A DNA stretch of 64,000 bases from Macrostomum hystrix (lineage: Eukaryota > Animalia > Platyhelminthes). A program made the translations under genes and the position numbers. Within the stretch, counting starts at the first letter, position 1; each line of letters opens with the position of its first letter. The DNA is taken from NCBI GenBank assembly GCA_950097015.1, contig CATNEN010000030.1:248001-312000 (forward strand), given 5' to 3'. Below are positions 47,901 to 61,100 of this stretch, piece by piece. The notes under the pieces are model-generated. The model was not told the DNA's origin and made no database searches. It saw only the letters and a program-made list of their open reading frames with translations.

Positions 47901-50900
47901 GTGCTCTTATTCTTTGAGCAGAAAGTGAGTACCATAAGTGCTATAATTAATTCTTGATAACATTATATGTAAAAAATCTTTTATTAAAATTCAGGTGAAA
48001 ACTCTGGAGTCCAAGGCCTACCTAGATTTGGTTTGCAGCACCAATGTACTGCCAGCTGTTGCCAATGGCCTAGCGTAAGTGCAGTTCACGCTTTTAATGA
48101 TACATGTAAAGATGCATGGCATGGCATGATATTGTGGGATTGTGATGACATCATAGTGTGAAAATAGGATAATATGATATTGTGAGAATTTGATGACATA
48201 ATGATAGTCAATAATAATTGATCACACCTGCCCCAATTGGGCCAGATGTGCAGCCGACAGCACAGCCGCAGCTATTGCGCGGCGCATCCGAAGACTGCGT
48301 ATGGCTGTTCAGTCCATGGACAGGGGGGACGCCACATCCACCCTCAATTACCCCAGCTAATACTGGTACCCATTAAATAGCTGGGTGAACTGAAGCAATG
48401 CAGAGATAAGTGTCTTGCTAAATAAAGGTGTCGGATTCCAGAATCCTCCAACCGTTAATCGTTCCGACCCCAGCCTGTCGGATTCCCGAATCCTCCATAT
48501 GCTATTACAAAGTACGCAATCTTCATATATTCATATATATTCATTTACATTAGTCTGCTCCAATTCTCGTTCGCTACGTTTGAACCATAGACAATCTCCA
48601 AGCTTCCACTGTACTCTATAACTCGTATTATCAATAAAGCAAGCGCGGGGCTTTGCCCCAAAAGAGAAACTTTCTACCTTACCACAGCAGCAGCAGCATA
48701 TCCACAATGTCACAATTCTCACAATGTCACTGCCTGACAAAAGGACACAAATTGTTCCAGTGGAGTCAGGAATCGAACCCCCGACCGTCAAGTCGTGAGT
48801 CAGACACTCTAACCACAAGACTACGACCTCTTTATTGATGACTTGATATTGTGAGAGTTTGATGACATGATATTGTAAGAATATGATGACATAACAATAT
48901 ATAATCTAAATAACACAAATGGAAGATGATATGAGACTGGGATAACGTTTGTCATTGCTACGAGTAGTATAATCCTTTCACAAGTATGCACATTGTTTTT
49001 GATTAAATCCGAAAGTTTCCTGAAACTCATGAATGAAGCATTTTCCCGGCAGTGAGCTGCAGAAGTGCAATTCAATCGGCAACTTTGAGGACAACTATTC
49101 TCAGCGACTCAGCCAGATAGCGTGCAGCATTGGGCAGCACGTGGTAACCAAGTTAGTTACAGATTCGGCTTGCATTCCACCTATCTTCGATTCAATCACG
49201 GAGCTGCTTGTTTATCTTATCAACTTTCCATCCAAGGTAAGAAGCTTAATGAGCATGACGGGACTGGGAGTGACCAATCTGGGTATCTGAACAATAGATG
49301 GGACAGGGGGTGACCAATCTGGGTATCTGAAGAATAGATGGGACAGGGGGTGACCAATCTGGGTATCTGAAGAATAGATGGGACAGGGGGTGACCAATCT
49401 GGGTATCTGAAGAATAGATGGGACTGGGGGTGACCAATCTGGGTATCTGAAGAATAGATGGGACTGGGGGTGGCCAATCTGGGTATCTGAAGAATAGATG
49501 GGACTGGGGGTGACCAATCTGGGTATCTGAGCAATAGATGGGACAGGGGGTGACCAATCTGGGTATCTGAGCAATAGATGGGACAGGGGGGTGACCAATC
49601 TGGGTATCTGAAGAATAGATGGGACTGGGAGTGACCAATCTGGGTATCCGAAGAATAGATGGGACAGGGGGTGACCAATCTGGGTATCTGAGCAATAGAT
49701 GGGACAGGGGGGTGACCAATCTGGGTATCTGAAGAATAGATGGGACTGGGGGTGGCCAATCTGGGTATCTGAAGAATAGATGGGACTGGGGGTGACCAAT
49801 CTGGGTATCTGAGCAATAGATGGGACAGGGGGTGACCAATCTGGGTATCTGAGCAATAGATGGGACAGGGGGGTGACCAATCTGGGTATCTGAAGAATAG
49901 ATGGGACTGGGAGTGACCAATCTGGGTATCCGAAGAATAGATGGGACAGGGGGTGACCAATCTGGGTATCTGAAGGATAGAGTGACAGAAAGTGACCAAA
50001 TTTGGGTATCTGAAGGATAGAGGGACAGGGAGCGACCAATGTTAAGGATCGTGGGACTGGGAGTGACCAATGTTAAGGATCGTGGGACAGGGAGTGACCA
50101 ATGTTAAGGATCGTGGGACAGGAAGTGACCAACCTGAAGGATCTTATGACAGGGAGTGACCAATCTGGGTATATGAAGGATAGAGCGACAGGTAGCGACC
50201 GACCTTGGGAATCATGAATGCCACAAGAACAGCCAGCATTAATAAACCCTCCTGCAGCCGATCGTATTCAGCGCTCTGAAACTACTGCTGACAGTGGTGA
50301 AAAATGAGCACATACTCAAGCGGATCGAGCCCAGCCTGCCGGCCCTGTTGGACGGATGCCGGCAGGCTCAGCTACGCCAGGGCCTGCCCTCTGAGTCTGG
50401 GCACGCCTGCAGCGGCTACAGCCGCGTACAGTTCGACAGTGACCAGGAATATGCGCTGTTCTTTCCCGTCCTGCGCTCCGAGGCCTGCCTAGCTCTGCAG
50501 GCTCTTACCCAGGTTGGTTTGCCTCCTAGCCTGTCAACTAGCTAAGCTTGGCCTGTCACCTGACACCCTCTTAGCCTGTCACCTGACACCCTCTTAGCCT
50601 GTCACCTGACACCCTCTTAGCCTGTCATCTGACGCCCTCTTAGCCTGTCACCTGACACCCTCTTAGCCTGTCACCTGACACCCTCTTAGCCTGTCACCTG
50701 ACACCCTCTTAGCCTGTCACCTGACACCCTCTTAGCCTGTCACCTGACACCTCTTACCTGTATCATCTGACACCCTCTTAGCCTGTCACCTGACACCCTC
50801 TTAGCCTGTCACCTGACACCCTCTTAGCCTGTCACCTGACACCCTCTTAGCCTGTCACCTGACACCCTCTTAGCCTGTCACCTGACACCTCTTAGCCTGT

Positions 50901-53900
50901 ATCATCTGACACCCTCTTAGCCTGTCACCTGACACCTCTTAGACTGTCACCTGACACCTATTTGCCTGTCACCTGACACCTCTTAGCCTGTATCACCTGA
51001 GCCTCCCATGCTGGCATTTGACACAGTCTCACATGTTTCTTGTTTCCAGGTACAATATTCTCTTCACTACAGGAAATTCCTAATTCACTTTTCAGGCGTG
51101 GCCAGTTCAAGTTGCCACCCACCTACTGGAGACGTTGTCTAGCCACACGACGGCCCTGGCCAATCAGGACGCAACTGTGCCTCTAGGCTCACGCAGCCCA
51201 ATTGTTATTCAATGGGACGGCCTGGCCAATCATTGCGAAGCCGTGCTGGCTCGCTTACCGGCCTGTCTAGACTCTGGCGGAGTCGAACCCGCGACCTCCG
51301 ATCGGATTCGAGTCGGTGCCAGATCAGCTACTGACGCATTGCTGACAGCGGCGCCCACCTGTCAGCCTCAGCTGCGCACCTGCTTGCTCACTGCGCTCAC
51401 CGCCTTCCTGCCTTTTCTCGCCTCTGACCGGGGTCTCACCCTGCGAGCGGTCCAGTGCGTGTTCGACACACTGCGGGACACCCCGGGTGCGAAAGTACTT
51501 TTTTACATTTTTTAACAGGCGAACATAGATTACCGGGCCAAAAAGGCGCAAGAGTGGCAATTTGTACTACGACTTTTTACTCCTACTGTAAGTAGTGTAA
51601 TTTGAGAATTTTTTACATTTTTGTAAAAAAAATTAAACATTCCTGAAGGCTCGCGCAATCGATCCCAGCGCGAGATGCGGAAACACGCTGTGGTCTGCCT
51701 GCTGCGCCTGTGCAAAGCCTGGCCAGATGGGATTCTGCCAGTGCTAGGCGAATACTGCGATGCCGTCACCAAACTGTGCCAGCTGGGGCAACTCAGCGTA
51801 TTTGAGAGCGCCTCGCTTATTGAATCTGTTGTGCTACTCAGGTAGGTTCCGCTATGCCAGCTGTTTTACTTCGCGATAATTAGTAGTGTTGAAGACTAGG
51901 GAACAACATTGGGATCTTAAAAAGTGGGGATCTTGGTTTGGGAATAAACTAATCAAGTGGGGATCTTGGATTTGTAATAGATTAGGGAACTACAAGAATA
52001 AACAAGTAAACAACATGGGGATCTAGCAAGGGGAATAACGTTGGAATCTAGAAAAAGGGGAACAGCAAAGGGATCTCTGAATCAAAATTTGCATGGATAT
52101 CTAGGATTGGGAATAACATTATGGATATGTTAATAAAGTGGGGATCCATGAACGGGTAAAATGTGGGATCTAGTATGAAGAATTGCGCGGGGGTCTAGGA
52201 TGGGAAGCATTACGTAAAGAATATATGTAATTTTGTATGTAGCATTAAAATCTACCATTACTTACAGATAGAAAATATTATAGTTAAGTGCAGAAGTGTA
52301 CAATCCGCTAGTATGGAAAATCGCAGAATAACTCAAGCTGAGCAGCTTTTCCAACATTTCAGTATGAACTTTATGATATAATAAGAAAAATTTTTATCTC
52401 CTAAATCTTCTATCCTACTTACAGTAGATTTTGCGCATTTTATAACATTCCCACTTACAGCAATCACTTGCCGGAGTTAAGCAGCCGGCATTCTACCATC
52501 GAAGGCATCATGTCAGCCACCATGGAGCAGTGGCTCGCGCCCGATCTCACTGGCGCTCTGTCTGATCCCGTTCTGTTCCTGCGAGCTATTGGTCTAGACC
52601 AGCCCGCTGCAGAGTCTTCGGCCAACTTCCAAGCTGCTCGAATCCAACTGCACCACTGTCTCATGACCATCTACAATGCTGTGCGCAGCTGCTCTATGCC
52701 AGCCGATGGTCAAGCCTCGCCAGTGGCCGAATTGGCTGGCCGGGCCTGGCCGAATTTGATGCGCTTCATGCGGTGCCTGCAATCACTGCACTGTCCGGCA
52801 CTGCGCGCGCTAATTCATCCGGATTATAGTCGCGTTTTCGACCTAGACGATAGCCAGAAGTGCCAGATAATGGGTATTCCTTGTACTCGATCAATTAGAA
52901 CGGAAGAAGGCGAAGCGGAAGCATCTCCTGGCAAGACGCCGGTACAAAAGATGCACACATTTTTAACCGAGGCGCACAGTACTGGGTAAGCATATTCAAT
53001 TCCTTTGCTTTAGTTTAAATTGCAGAAAATCCACAGTATGTTGTATAGGCTCAGTGGTCTAGGGGTATGATACTCGCTTAGGGTGCGAGTGGTCCCGGGT
53101 TCAAATCCCGGCTGAGCCCTACTTTTTTGTTCGACTTCCTGCTTGTATTTATTTTTAAGAAATTACTTTGACTTTTAAGTACTTATAATATTTACTATTG
53201 TAACTTTTTTGCAAGACCCTAGCAACTATTTTTTTAGTAAAACGTTTCCTGCTACAAATCTATTATTTCATACCCCATACTGTAAGTAGACATGAGGCGA
53301 GGGTTCGCATTTTTTTGGTAAAACTTAGTATAAAATATTACACTGTATTAAAATTCTAAAAACAAAAGACAGCAACAAATATCTGAATACAGAAACAGCT
53401 ATTGGTTGTTTCGTTTTTTGTGTAAATTGTTAAATTAACTTAAAAAAAAACAAAAAATGTTTGCATCTGATATGTGTTGAAAAACTTATTATTAGGGCAA
53501 GCAAAAATCTTTCCTTTCAAACTTCACTTTAAGTCTTCGAGCAATCGCCTACACCTGCAAAACAATGCCGGATTTAGCCGACGACTTTCAACTAGCTGAA
53601 CACCTGGCGCCAGAATCCGAGCTTCAGCACCTGCCGGACCTCCTTCTGGCTGATCTAATTCGCAGCCTGTCTGGTGTAGCCGTTCGAGACCGACCGGGCG
53701 CGGCTCCCGCTACCGACTTGGCCGGTCATCTTTGCCGACGCCTGCTGGATCACACGCTGGCGCGCCTGAACGAACGCTGGGCTGCCTTTGCTGCGAACGG
53801 CGCAGGCTCGAATGGCGACAGTCACAAGAACGACGGCGAGGCGGACGGCGAGGCCGAGGGCGACGATCTGTCTGACGAAGTTGTCTCCGAACAGTGCGTG

Positions 53901-55370
53901 CGTCGTCTTTGCCGCGCGTTTCTCGACCTGCTGCACTGTCTGCTGATGTGCGGCGCCGGGCCCAACCAGGCGGCGTCAACCGTCAACCAGGCGACGACAA
54001 ATTCAACAGAGGCTTCGACTGCGCCTACCGTGACGATGCCGCTGGCTGATCGCGAGCCGCAGCTGGCCTCCGGCGTCCTGGCCTGCCTGTACGAGGCCAT
54101 CGCCTGGCCTGATGGTACGGCCAGCCAGCGAGCCGCTGTTTGGGCCGGCCCGGTCACTCGCCAACTGGCCGGACAGTTGGCCGTTGGCCCGGACACGCCT
54201 CGGCATTTACTGATGCAGGTGACTAACTACTGATAGTAATATCGCCAAAATATGTTCCGCTTATTGAGTAATTTTTTTTCAAATTTGTTTTACTCTTTTA
54301 AGCACGGAAATACTGTTTACAATATTTTTAGAAAAAAACTTTTCATTAATTTCTACTAAAAAGAAGTAAAAGTAGTATTTTTTCGAGGAAGACCAGTTTC
54401 CTATTTTTTTTAAGAAGTGTAGTTTTTTACCCTTCTACACCAAGAGCTTCTTGTCCATGGACTCCAAAGCTGTACTCATTCATTCTATTTTAATAACTAT
54501 GATCGAATTAAATTCAAATATTGTTTAGTAAAGCGATTTTTACTGAACTTGACGCAATGACAATCAATTGGATTTGGACAGGTTCTGCGCGCCCTTAATC
54601 AGCACGGAGCCGCCGGCGAAGCCACGGTATCCAGCCTGGTGCAGCTATTCCTCTGCCTGTACGACTGCTTCCACGGCGCCCAGGCTTTCCGGGTCGGCCT
54701 GGCTGAATGGACTCACCAGCCAGTTGATAAGCTGGACGAATTGGACAACAGGCTGGGCCTGAGACCGGGCGCCAGACCCGTGGCCGAGAAGACTCGGCGC
54801 GACACGGCCAGGCGCTTCTTGGAATCCGTTATTGGGGTCAGTTGCTTCAGCAGCTTTCGTTAATTTAGGGCTGAGTACTCGCTTCAATTATTTTACAACT
54901 TGATACCCGCTTCCGTTACTTTAGTTTGCTACTCGCTTCCGTTACTTTAGTTTGCTACTCGCTTCCGTTACTTTAGTTTGCTACTCGCTTCCGTTACTTT
55001 AGTTGGCTACTCGCTTTCGTTACTTTACTTTGCTACTCGCTTCCGTTACTTTCGTTTGCTACTCGCTTCCGTTACTTACATGTTTTCGTAACTTAAGTAG
55101 ATCTAGTTCTTAGATTTTCTCACATCTGGGATCGTTACTTCATTTGGCTTCCCAGTTTCGCTAATAAGCCTATTTTTATCCCTAATCCAGAAGCCGCTAA
55201 GCGAGCAGTTCAAGTTGGCTCAAAACTACAAGAATCTGCCGCCACTATTCAAAGCCGCCTGGCGTCGCAAGCGCACCGATGAGACAACGACTGCGCGAGA
55301 CAACCAACTGGAGGGCCTCTCCGTTTTGTTTACCGGCGACGATGCAGCAGCGTCTGGAGTTGCTAGTTGA
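44990..55370 (+). CDS. XPO5: Exportin-5, about 1177 aa
   Basis: 13 phase-consistent GT-AG exons: 44990-45076, 45969-46268, 46860-47042, 47709-47924, 47995-48074, 49053-49236, 50258-50512, 51096-51486, 51649-51841, 52461-52985, 53534-54218, 54582-54836, 55191-55370. Motifs VELVKREWPQHWP, FLRLSEDV..QRRKDI, YSRVQFDSDQEYALFF, MRKHAVVCLLRLC and KPLSEQFK..KNLPPLFK match XPO5. Confidence 0.92.
46410..46812. repeat. Minisatellite, about 37-bp unit CCTAGTCCTTCAGCTTGTGGGTGTTTTACCCTCTTCC, XPO5 intron 2
   Basis: About 11 units, decaying toward the acceptor at 46859. Confidence 0.93.
47105..47680. repeat. Minisatellite, 31-33-bp unit CTTCTCCCCCACCAGTTCCTCAGTTTGTCAGC, XPO5 intron 3
   Basis: About 18 units filling the intron. 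Confidence 0.95.
48215..48815 (-). mobile_element. SINE family A copy, split by an LTR-like insertion
   Basis: SINE halves 48215-48428 and 48740-48815 rejoin as TGTCTTGCTA..AAAGGACACAAATTGTTCC, as in the intact copy at about 43381. Confidence 0.85.
48429..48739. mobile_element. Solo LTR candidate, 311 bp
   Basis: Starts TGTC and ends GACA; 5-bp duplication AAAGG at 48424-48428 and 48740-48744; internal AATAAA. Confidence 0.75.
49260..50210. repeat. Minisatellite, 40-bp G-rich unit GGGACAGGGGGTGACCAATCTGGGTATCTGAAGAATAGAT, XPO5 intron 6
   Basis: About 24 units filling the intron. Confidence 0.96.
50545..51000. repeat. Minisatellite, 23-bp unit CCTGTCACCTGACACCCTCTTAG, XPO5 intron 7
   Basis: About 19 units. 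Confidence 0.95.
51905..52205. repeat. Degenerate GGGATCT-rich minisatellite, XPO5 intron 9
   Basis: Recurrent (GT)GGGATCT and GGGAATAA motifs at irregular spacing. Confidence 0.55.
53048..53119 (+). tRNA. tRNA-Pro (anticodon AGG)
   Basis: GGCTCAGTGGTCTAGGGGTATGATACTCGCTTAGGGTGCGAGTGGTCCCGGGTTCAAATCCCGGCTGAGCCC is a 72-nt cloverleaf with intact acceptor and anticodon stems, followed by a T6 Pol III terminator. Confidence 0.95.
54905..55078. repeat. Minisatellite, 26-bp unit CTCGCTTCCGTTACTTTAGTTTGCTA, XPO5 intron 12
   Basis: About 6-7 units. Confidence 0.92.
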
Positions 55371-58108
55371 AGTGAGAAAGCTTGTGCGTCACATTTTGTT
55401 CGACAAGTGTCCTAATTCTGACCAACTATGTGTTCGTATTTTTCTATTTATATCCATGCAATCGCTATTTCGTGTTCGCAAATAAATAAAAATATCGCTG
55501 TCTAGTTCGCATGCACTTTTGCGCTGCAAACGCCCGGTACGTCATTAGCTGCCTTTTTACCTTGCTTGCTCGCGCAGTTTCCTTGCTTCGTGACGTTTTT
55601 TCTCGTATATTTTGCTCTCGAATTAAATAAAATGGGACATATAATTTGAAACATAGTTTTCTTGCATAGTTTTTGGTCCCATGCGAAATTTCAGGGTCAC
55701 GGTTGTTGTACACCCTTTGTGTTCTTGTTCTTGTGTTTTGCTTGACCGGTCTTAAAATTCCAAAATTCGCAGACTGCATTGCATAGAAAAAAGATGCAAA
55801 AATATACGTGTTTATGGGTGCTGTTAATTACTCGACTGATTTCGTACCATATACGAAATAGTTTAATGATATCCGAACAATTCGAATAATATAGTTAAGT
55901 GGCTCACTTCGAAACATACTGCTTTTAAATTTCCATAATATTATAATTTTATATTGCACATACGTAAATAATGCTTACTGGTGCTACAATGCTGCACGAA
56001 AGTTACATGGCGATGGCGGTGAATTTCCACAAGCATATTATGTATATTTAAAGGTCTCTTCAGTTTTACATTATCATTATAGTTTTTAGATACACTGGGT
56101 CCTAATATTTTATGTGAAATATTTTTTTTACTAGAAAACTGGTTTTCGCAGGCCAACTTCTTAAGAGCGTTGACAGTGAGTGTTGCATAGAATTACTGAG
56201 ACGAATTTCGTGTATTTTAACCACTTGTATTCATAGTATTCATAGTATATAGTACATTGTATTCATAGCAGCAAGGGAGGTGTTTAGCTCCATCGCAAAA
56301 GCAAGGCAGCAAAGTCAAGTAACCTGGTGTATAGTAATATAACTCAAGCTCGAAAACTATTCGCCGTATTCGGTGCTCATTTAAATATTAATATTTATTA
56401 AGGCCAAACGCTGTTATAACAAAGAAACAGCAGCTGCACATTTCTGTTTTGAGAATGTAGGTAGCTAATTTCAGAAAACAGTAAATTGAAAATATATAAT
56501 TTTACCTAAAGGGTCAAAACACGTGCAAGTCAGAACTTTAGAGTCTTTTTGGCGATTTTTTAACTTCAAGCTTTTATAAGAATTTACTTCCCTATTTTAT
56601 TATTGCATTGAAAGTATTTAAGGCGCTCAAGTTAAGTAAGCACGTTAATTGTGATATGTGCAATTAAGAGTGTATTTATATAATATATATGTATATATTT
56701 GTATATATAATTTATTTTTACTAGGTATCAAAATCTTTTCTTTATTCTTTCAATAAATAAAAGAGTTGGAACGAAATTTATGCTCGTATCCCCCTTAACT
56801 ACTTCCATTCGCTAAACGGAACTGAGCCTATTCAGTTATTATTAACTTAGTGAATTGCTTCATTGATCATGATGGAATAATAATTTGGATGTTATGACCT
56901 CGTACGATTTATAGCGCTAGTGAACCATTAAATTCATACTTTCCTATGAGGCTCGTCAATAATGCCATGGCCCATGAATTCTCTAATGGTTCTTAACTTC
57001 TTATTCGCTGTTTTTTAAAGAATGTAGAAAAGGCAAATGTCAAATTGAAACAAAAGGCTAATTACCAACGTGAAAAGCACATAAAAAGAGTAGTCAAGTA
57101 AAAATATGTATTACTGTTTAATTTGTATATGCCTTCTAAGGCATTAGCCATTAGCCCCACCCTCCAATCAAACTTATTTTCTAAGTTTACATTTCATTGT
57201 TTAACAACACTTTTTTAGATTTTTAGTGACTACTGATTTCTATTATTATTTTTTTATTAGCTTAACTATTTAATGGCAGACACAACTTGAGCTTTTTGCT
57301 TATTTTATATTTGCAAAAATAACTGGCATGGTCTAAAGTAAGTATTTTATCAGTAAGCTCTATCAGCTTTATAAAGGTATATAGCTATATACTGCTTAAA
57401 TTATAAGCTAAGATGATTCTTATCTTTGAAGTTTTAGACAAAGTTGCTATATTTCACAATGGAAGCTGGAAGTGGATTAATAATATGGCCTTGCAAAATA
57501 CTTCCATTTTCAGTGTATGGCCTCAATTATTTAGAGAGGCATATGTAGTTTTTTGTTACAAAACTGAAATGCATAAAAGTTCTTTTATGTGACAACTCAT
57601 TGTACATTTTTACTATGCATTATGTTTTTTTCATGTTTGAAAATAAGAAATTACAATGTAGGATATGAGTTTCTTGTTTTCGGTTTTTATTATATACAGC
57701 ATTAAAAATTCTGTAATTTATATATAATATAAATAAATTAAATTAAATTATTTAAATATAAAATTAAATATATAAGTTTATAAAAAAGCAATAAAAATAG
57801 TATAATAATGATAGCTAGTTATAATCTCTAAACCAGTAAACAATAAATGTGTTAATTAAGCAGTTTATTTTATTTTCAGTATTAAACACTAATTTTGCTT
57901 CCCTTATCTGTTGGGTCCCTAAAGCTATCTACAAGCATAAGATAAGAAACTATTCTTTTAATCTTGGTTGGATATTTATTTTGATGAGTTGTCAAGTCAA
58001 TTAAAATCTGCCATCACTGCTTTGCAGAGTCTTTGAGTGAAATTTGATTAAAAAGTAAAACAGAGGCCAGACAGAAGCTTAACCAAATCTGCCAGAAGCA
58101 GCCGGGCA

Positions 58109-61100
58109 ATGGCGCCTAAGCTGCTAATTATATTGCTGCTGGCTTTGGCTCTGTGCCAGTCTGGCTGGTGCGAGACAGTCCTGCCCAACCGCATTGACGT
58201 CAACACCCGCTGGGACTTTGCCCGCAGTCCCTACATTGCTACCACAGATGTGATGATTCCGGAGAGTGTGACTGTCACAGTGGACCCCGGTGTGGAGATT
58301 AGATTGGCCGCGCAGCGCAGGTTGCAAGTGTTTGGCACCATCTTAGCCAAGGTTTGTTTGGCTGTCATTGTTAATAATCATCATATTAATATGTGTTGGA
58401 GGGCTGTGGTCACCGGTTCATAATTTAGTGATTTTGGCGACGGTGGTTGCAGCCTAGTGGTTAGAGCGTCCGACTCCACTGGAACAATTTGTTTCCTTTA
58501 GCAAGACACTTAATTCTGCATTGCTTCAGTTCACTCAGCTGTTAAATGGGTGCCAGCATTAGCTGGGGTAATTGAGGGTGGGTGTAGGATTTCCCCAGTC
58601 CATGGACTGAACAGCCGTACGCAGCCTTCAGATGCGCCGCGCAATAGCTGTGGCTGTGCTGTCGGCTGCACATTATTATTTTTTTTGTGATGATAGACCC
58701 GCAGCTAGGGAGGAGGCAATTCTGCCGATTCCTCCGACTCCTGAGCACACGCGCATACACCTCATCGTCAAGCAGTGCACACTGTACTGTACTTGCATGT
58801 TGGAATTCAAGGGCGTAAATTGCACGACATGCCACCAAGCCTTCTCTCCACGGCTATTCCCGAAATTATGACCGTCTTGCCACGGAATCGAGCTCAGGGA
58901 CCTTTGTAGTGCTAGTGGCAAACGCGTTGGTCCGCAGTGCCACTTGTCCTAGGGAGAGTCCATGGACTGAGCAGCTGTACACAGTCTTTTGAAGCGCCAT
59001 GCCATAGAATATGGGCTGGCTGTCATTTCTATTCCTATTTTCATTTTATCAAAAGTAAAAATGTCGAATGATACCCAAAAAACCTGCAGGGCACGGCATC
59101 GCAGCGCATCACAATGACCAAGATCAGCCCGTCAGCTGATCCCAGCTACGTGGTGCCGAAGGCGCTGCGCCTTGTTCACGGCTTCACCTACGAGGTGCGC
59201 GATGGCTGGGCGCAGGGTTTCTACAAGGGCAGGTGGCGCAACATCTGCAGCCGGAACAGAGAGTGAGCACGGCGTTCAATTTGAGTCGATTTGAGTCTTT
59301 TTTATCTGAAGACACAGAGTCCAATTGGTTGTGAAATCAGCCCAGTCTGTCTTTTTCTCCAAGTGGCTGTACTGTACTTTAAGGCACTGTAATTGTACTC
59401 TTCTACCGATTTGCGGACAGAAGTTTTCTAATTATTTAATTATGCTCGTAAGAATGGTTTGAGCTTCGAACTCCTAATCGATAGGTCTAGAGTTCGAGTC
59501 GCTCTAGACTCCAGAGTTTAAGGTATGTCTAGAGTACCAACATTTTCTAATGAGTCAAACGACCATTTAAAACTTCTTTTTCAGGAAAGAAAAAATTGAG
59601 CATTAAACAAATTAATTTTGACGGGTGTCTTTGAAAGTGAAAGTGTACAGTGAAAGTGTACACTGCCTGACGATGAGAAAGCAACAGCATTGGTGATTGG
59701 TCCATGCACTGAACACTACTACTATAGTTGTAGTACTGTTGGGATACAATCAATGTTGCGTGTGTCCAAGATTACCTCATTGGTGTCCTTGCAACACCCA
59801 CCGAGTCTGAGGCAGTTCTATTTTGATTCCGCAGCTGGTCGAAGATCGACTGTCGAGTGGCCTGTCGCGAGCTCGGCTTCGCCGACGGCAACTTCACGCT
59901 GCTATCTGTAGCCGAGAACTATACAACCGGCATTGTTTACGCGGCTCCCGGTTGCCTAGGCAACGAGTCGAGCGTGTTTAACTGTCCGGGCGCCAGAGAC
60001 ATCGAAATGGGCTGGGACGTCTGTCACATCCAGGAGCTGGTCGGACTGTACTGCTGGGGCGCGAATCTCGACAAGTTCAAAGATCATTGGTGGGGCATTG
60101 AGGTCAGTTTGCCCTTTGAAATCGTCATACTTTTGTCATACTTGTCTAAAGTGAAGGTTGGTATGCATTTCTCGCGTCCCGTACTATAACTCATTCCCAC
60201 CCAATCGCAGATGTACAATTCTACAAGGCAGCTCCAGTCGCTGCACACGCCCAATACCCTGATGAATCGGTCGCGCTCCGAGTTTGAATACGTTGACATC
60301 ATGTACGCCGGAGTGAATACCACCCTGCACAATGTGGCCGCACTCAGCGCCAGTCCTTATCCGCCATTCCTGCTCAACATGCGCTTCATGCACAATGCCT
60401 TCGATGCTATTAACCTCACCCACATCAAAGGCCCCGTGCGCATCTGGGATAGCGAGTTCGCTAACAACCGCGGCCACGGCTTCCACATTCGCACCGCCGT
60501 CGGTATGGTCGACCTCCGTCGGGTTCGCTCGCACGACAACGGCGGCGACGGCGGAGTTGTTCGCATGATGGACTACCACTGGCAGGAGATAGAGGAGGAA
60601 ATCACACAGTCCGATACTGTGAGGCCACCTCCATTGCCATACCTGCCAGTCCCACACCTCAATTGCCATACCTGCCAGTCCCACACCTCCATTGCCATAC
60701 CTGCCAGTCCCACACCTCCATTGCCATACCTGCCAGCCCCACACCTCCATTGCCATACCTGCCAGTCCCGCACCTCAATTGCCATACCTACCAGTCCCAC
60801 ACCTCAATTGCCATACCTGCCAGTCCCACACCTCAATTGCCATACCTACCAATCCCTCACCTCTATTTCCAGACCTGCCAGTCCCACAACTACCAGTCCC
60901 ACACCTGCCAGTCCCACAACTACCAGTCCTACACCTGCCAGTCCCACAACTACCAGTCCCACACCTACCAGTCCCACACCCACCAGTCCCACACCACCAG
61001 TCCCACACCTGCCAGTCCCACACCCACCAGTACCACAACCACCAGTCCCACACCCACCAGTCCCACACCACCAGTCCCACACCTGCCAGTCCCACACCCA

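Noticed and set aside
47065-50070. Long ORFs over repeats (47065-47957, 49212-50070; likewise 14295-15164, 27820-29084, 60663-61792 in part, 63030-63854)
   Set aside because: They are stop-free translations of intronic minisatellites; the flanking exons join in phase without them.
51519-51587. Possible 69-nt frame-preserving cassette exon in XPO5 intron 8 (AACAG|...|GTAAGT)
   Set aside because: It would leave an upstream intron of only about 32 nt, and the protein aligns to XPO5 without it. RNA-seq would be decisive.
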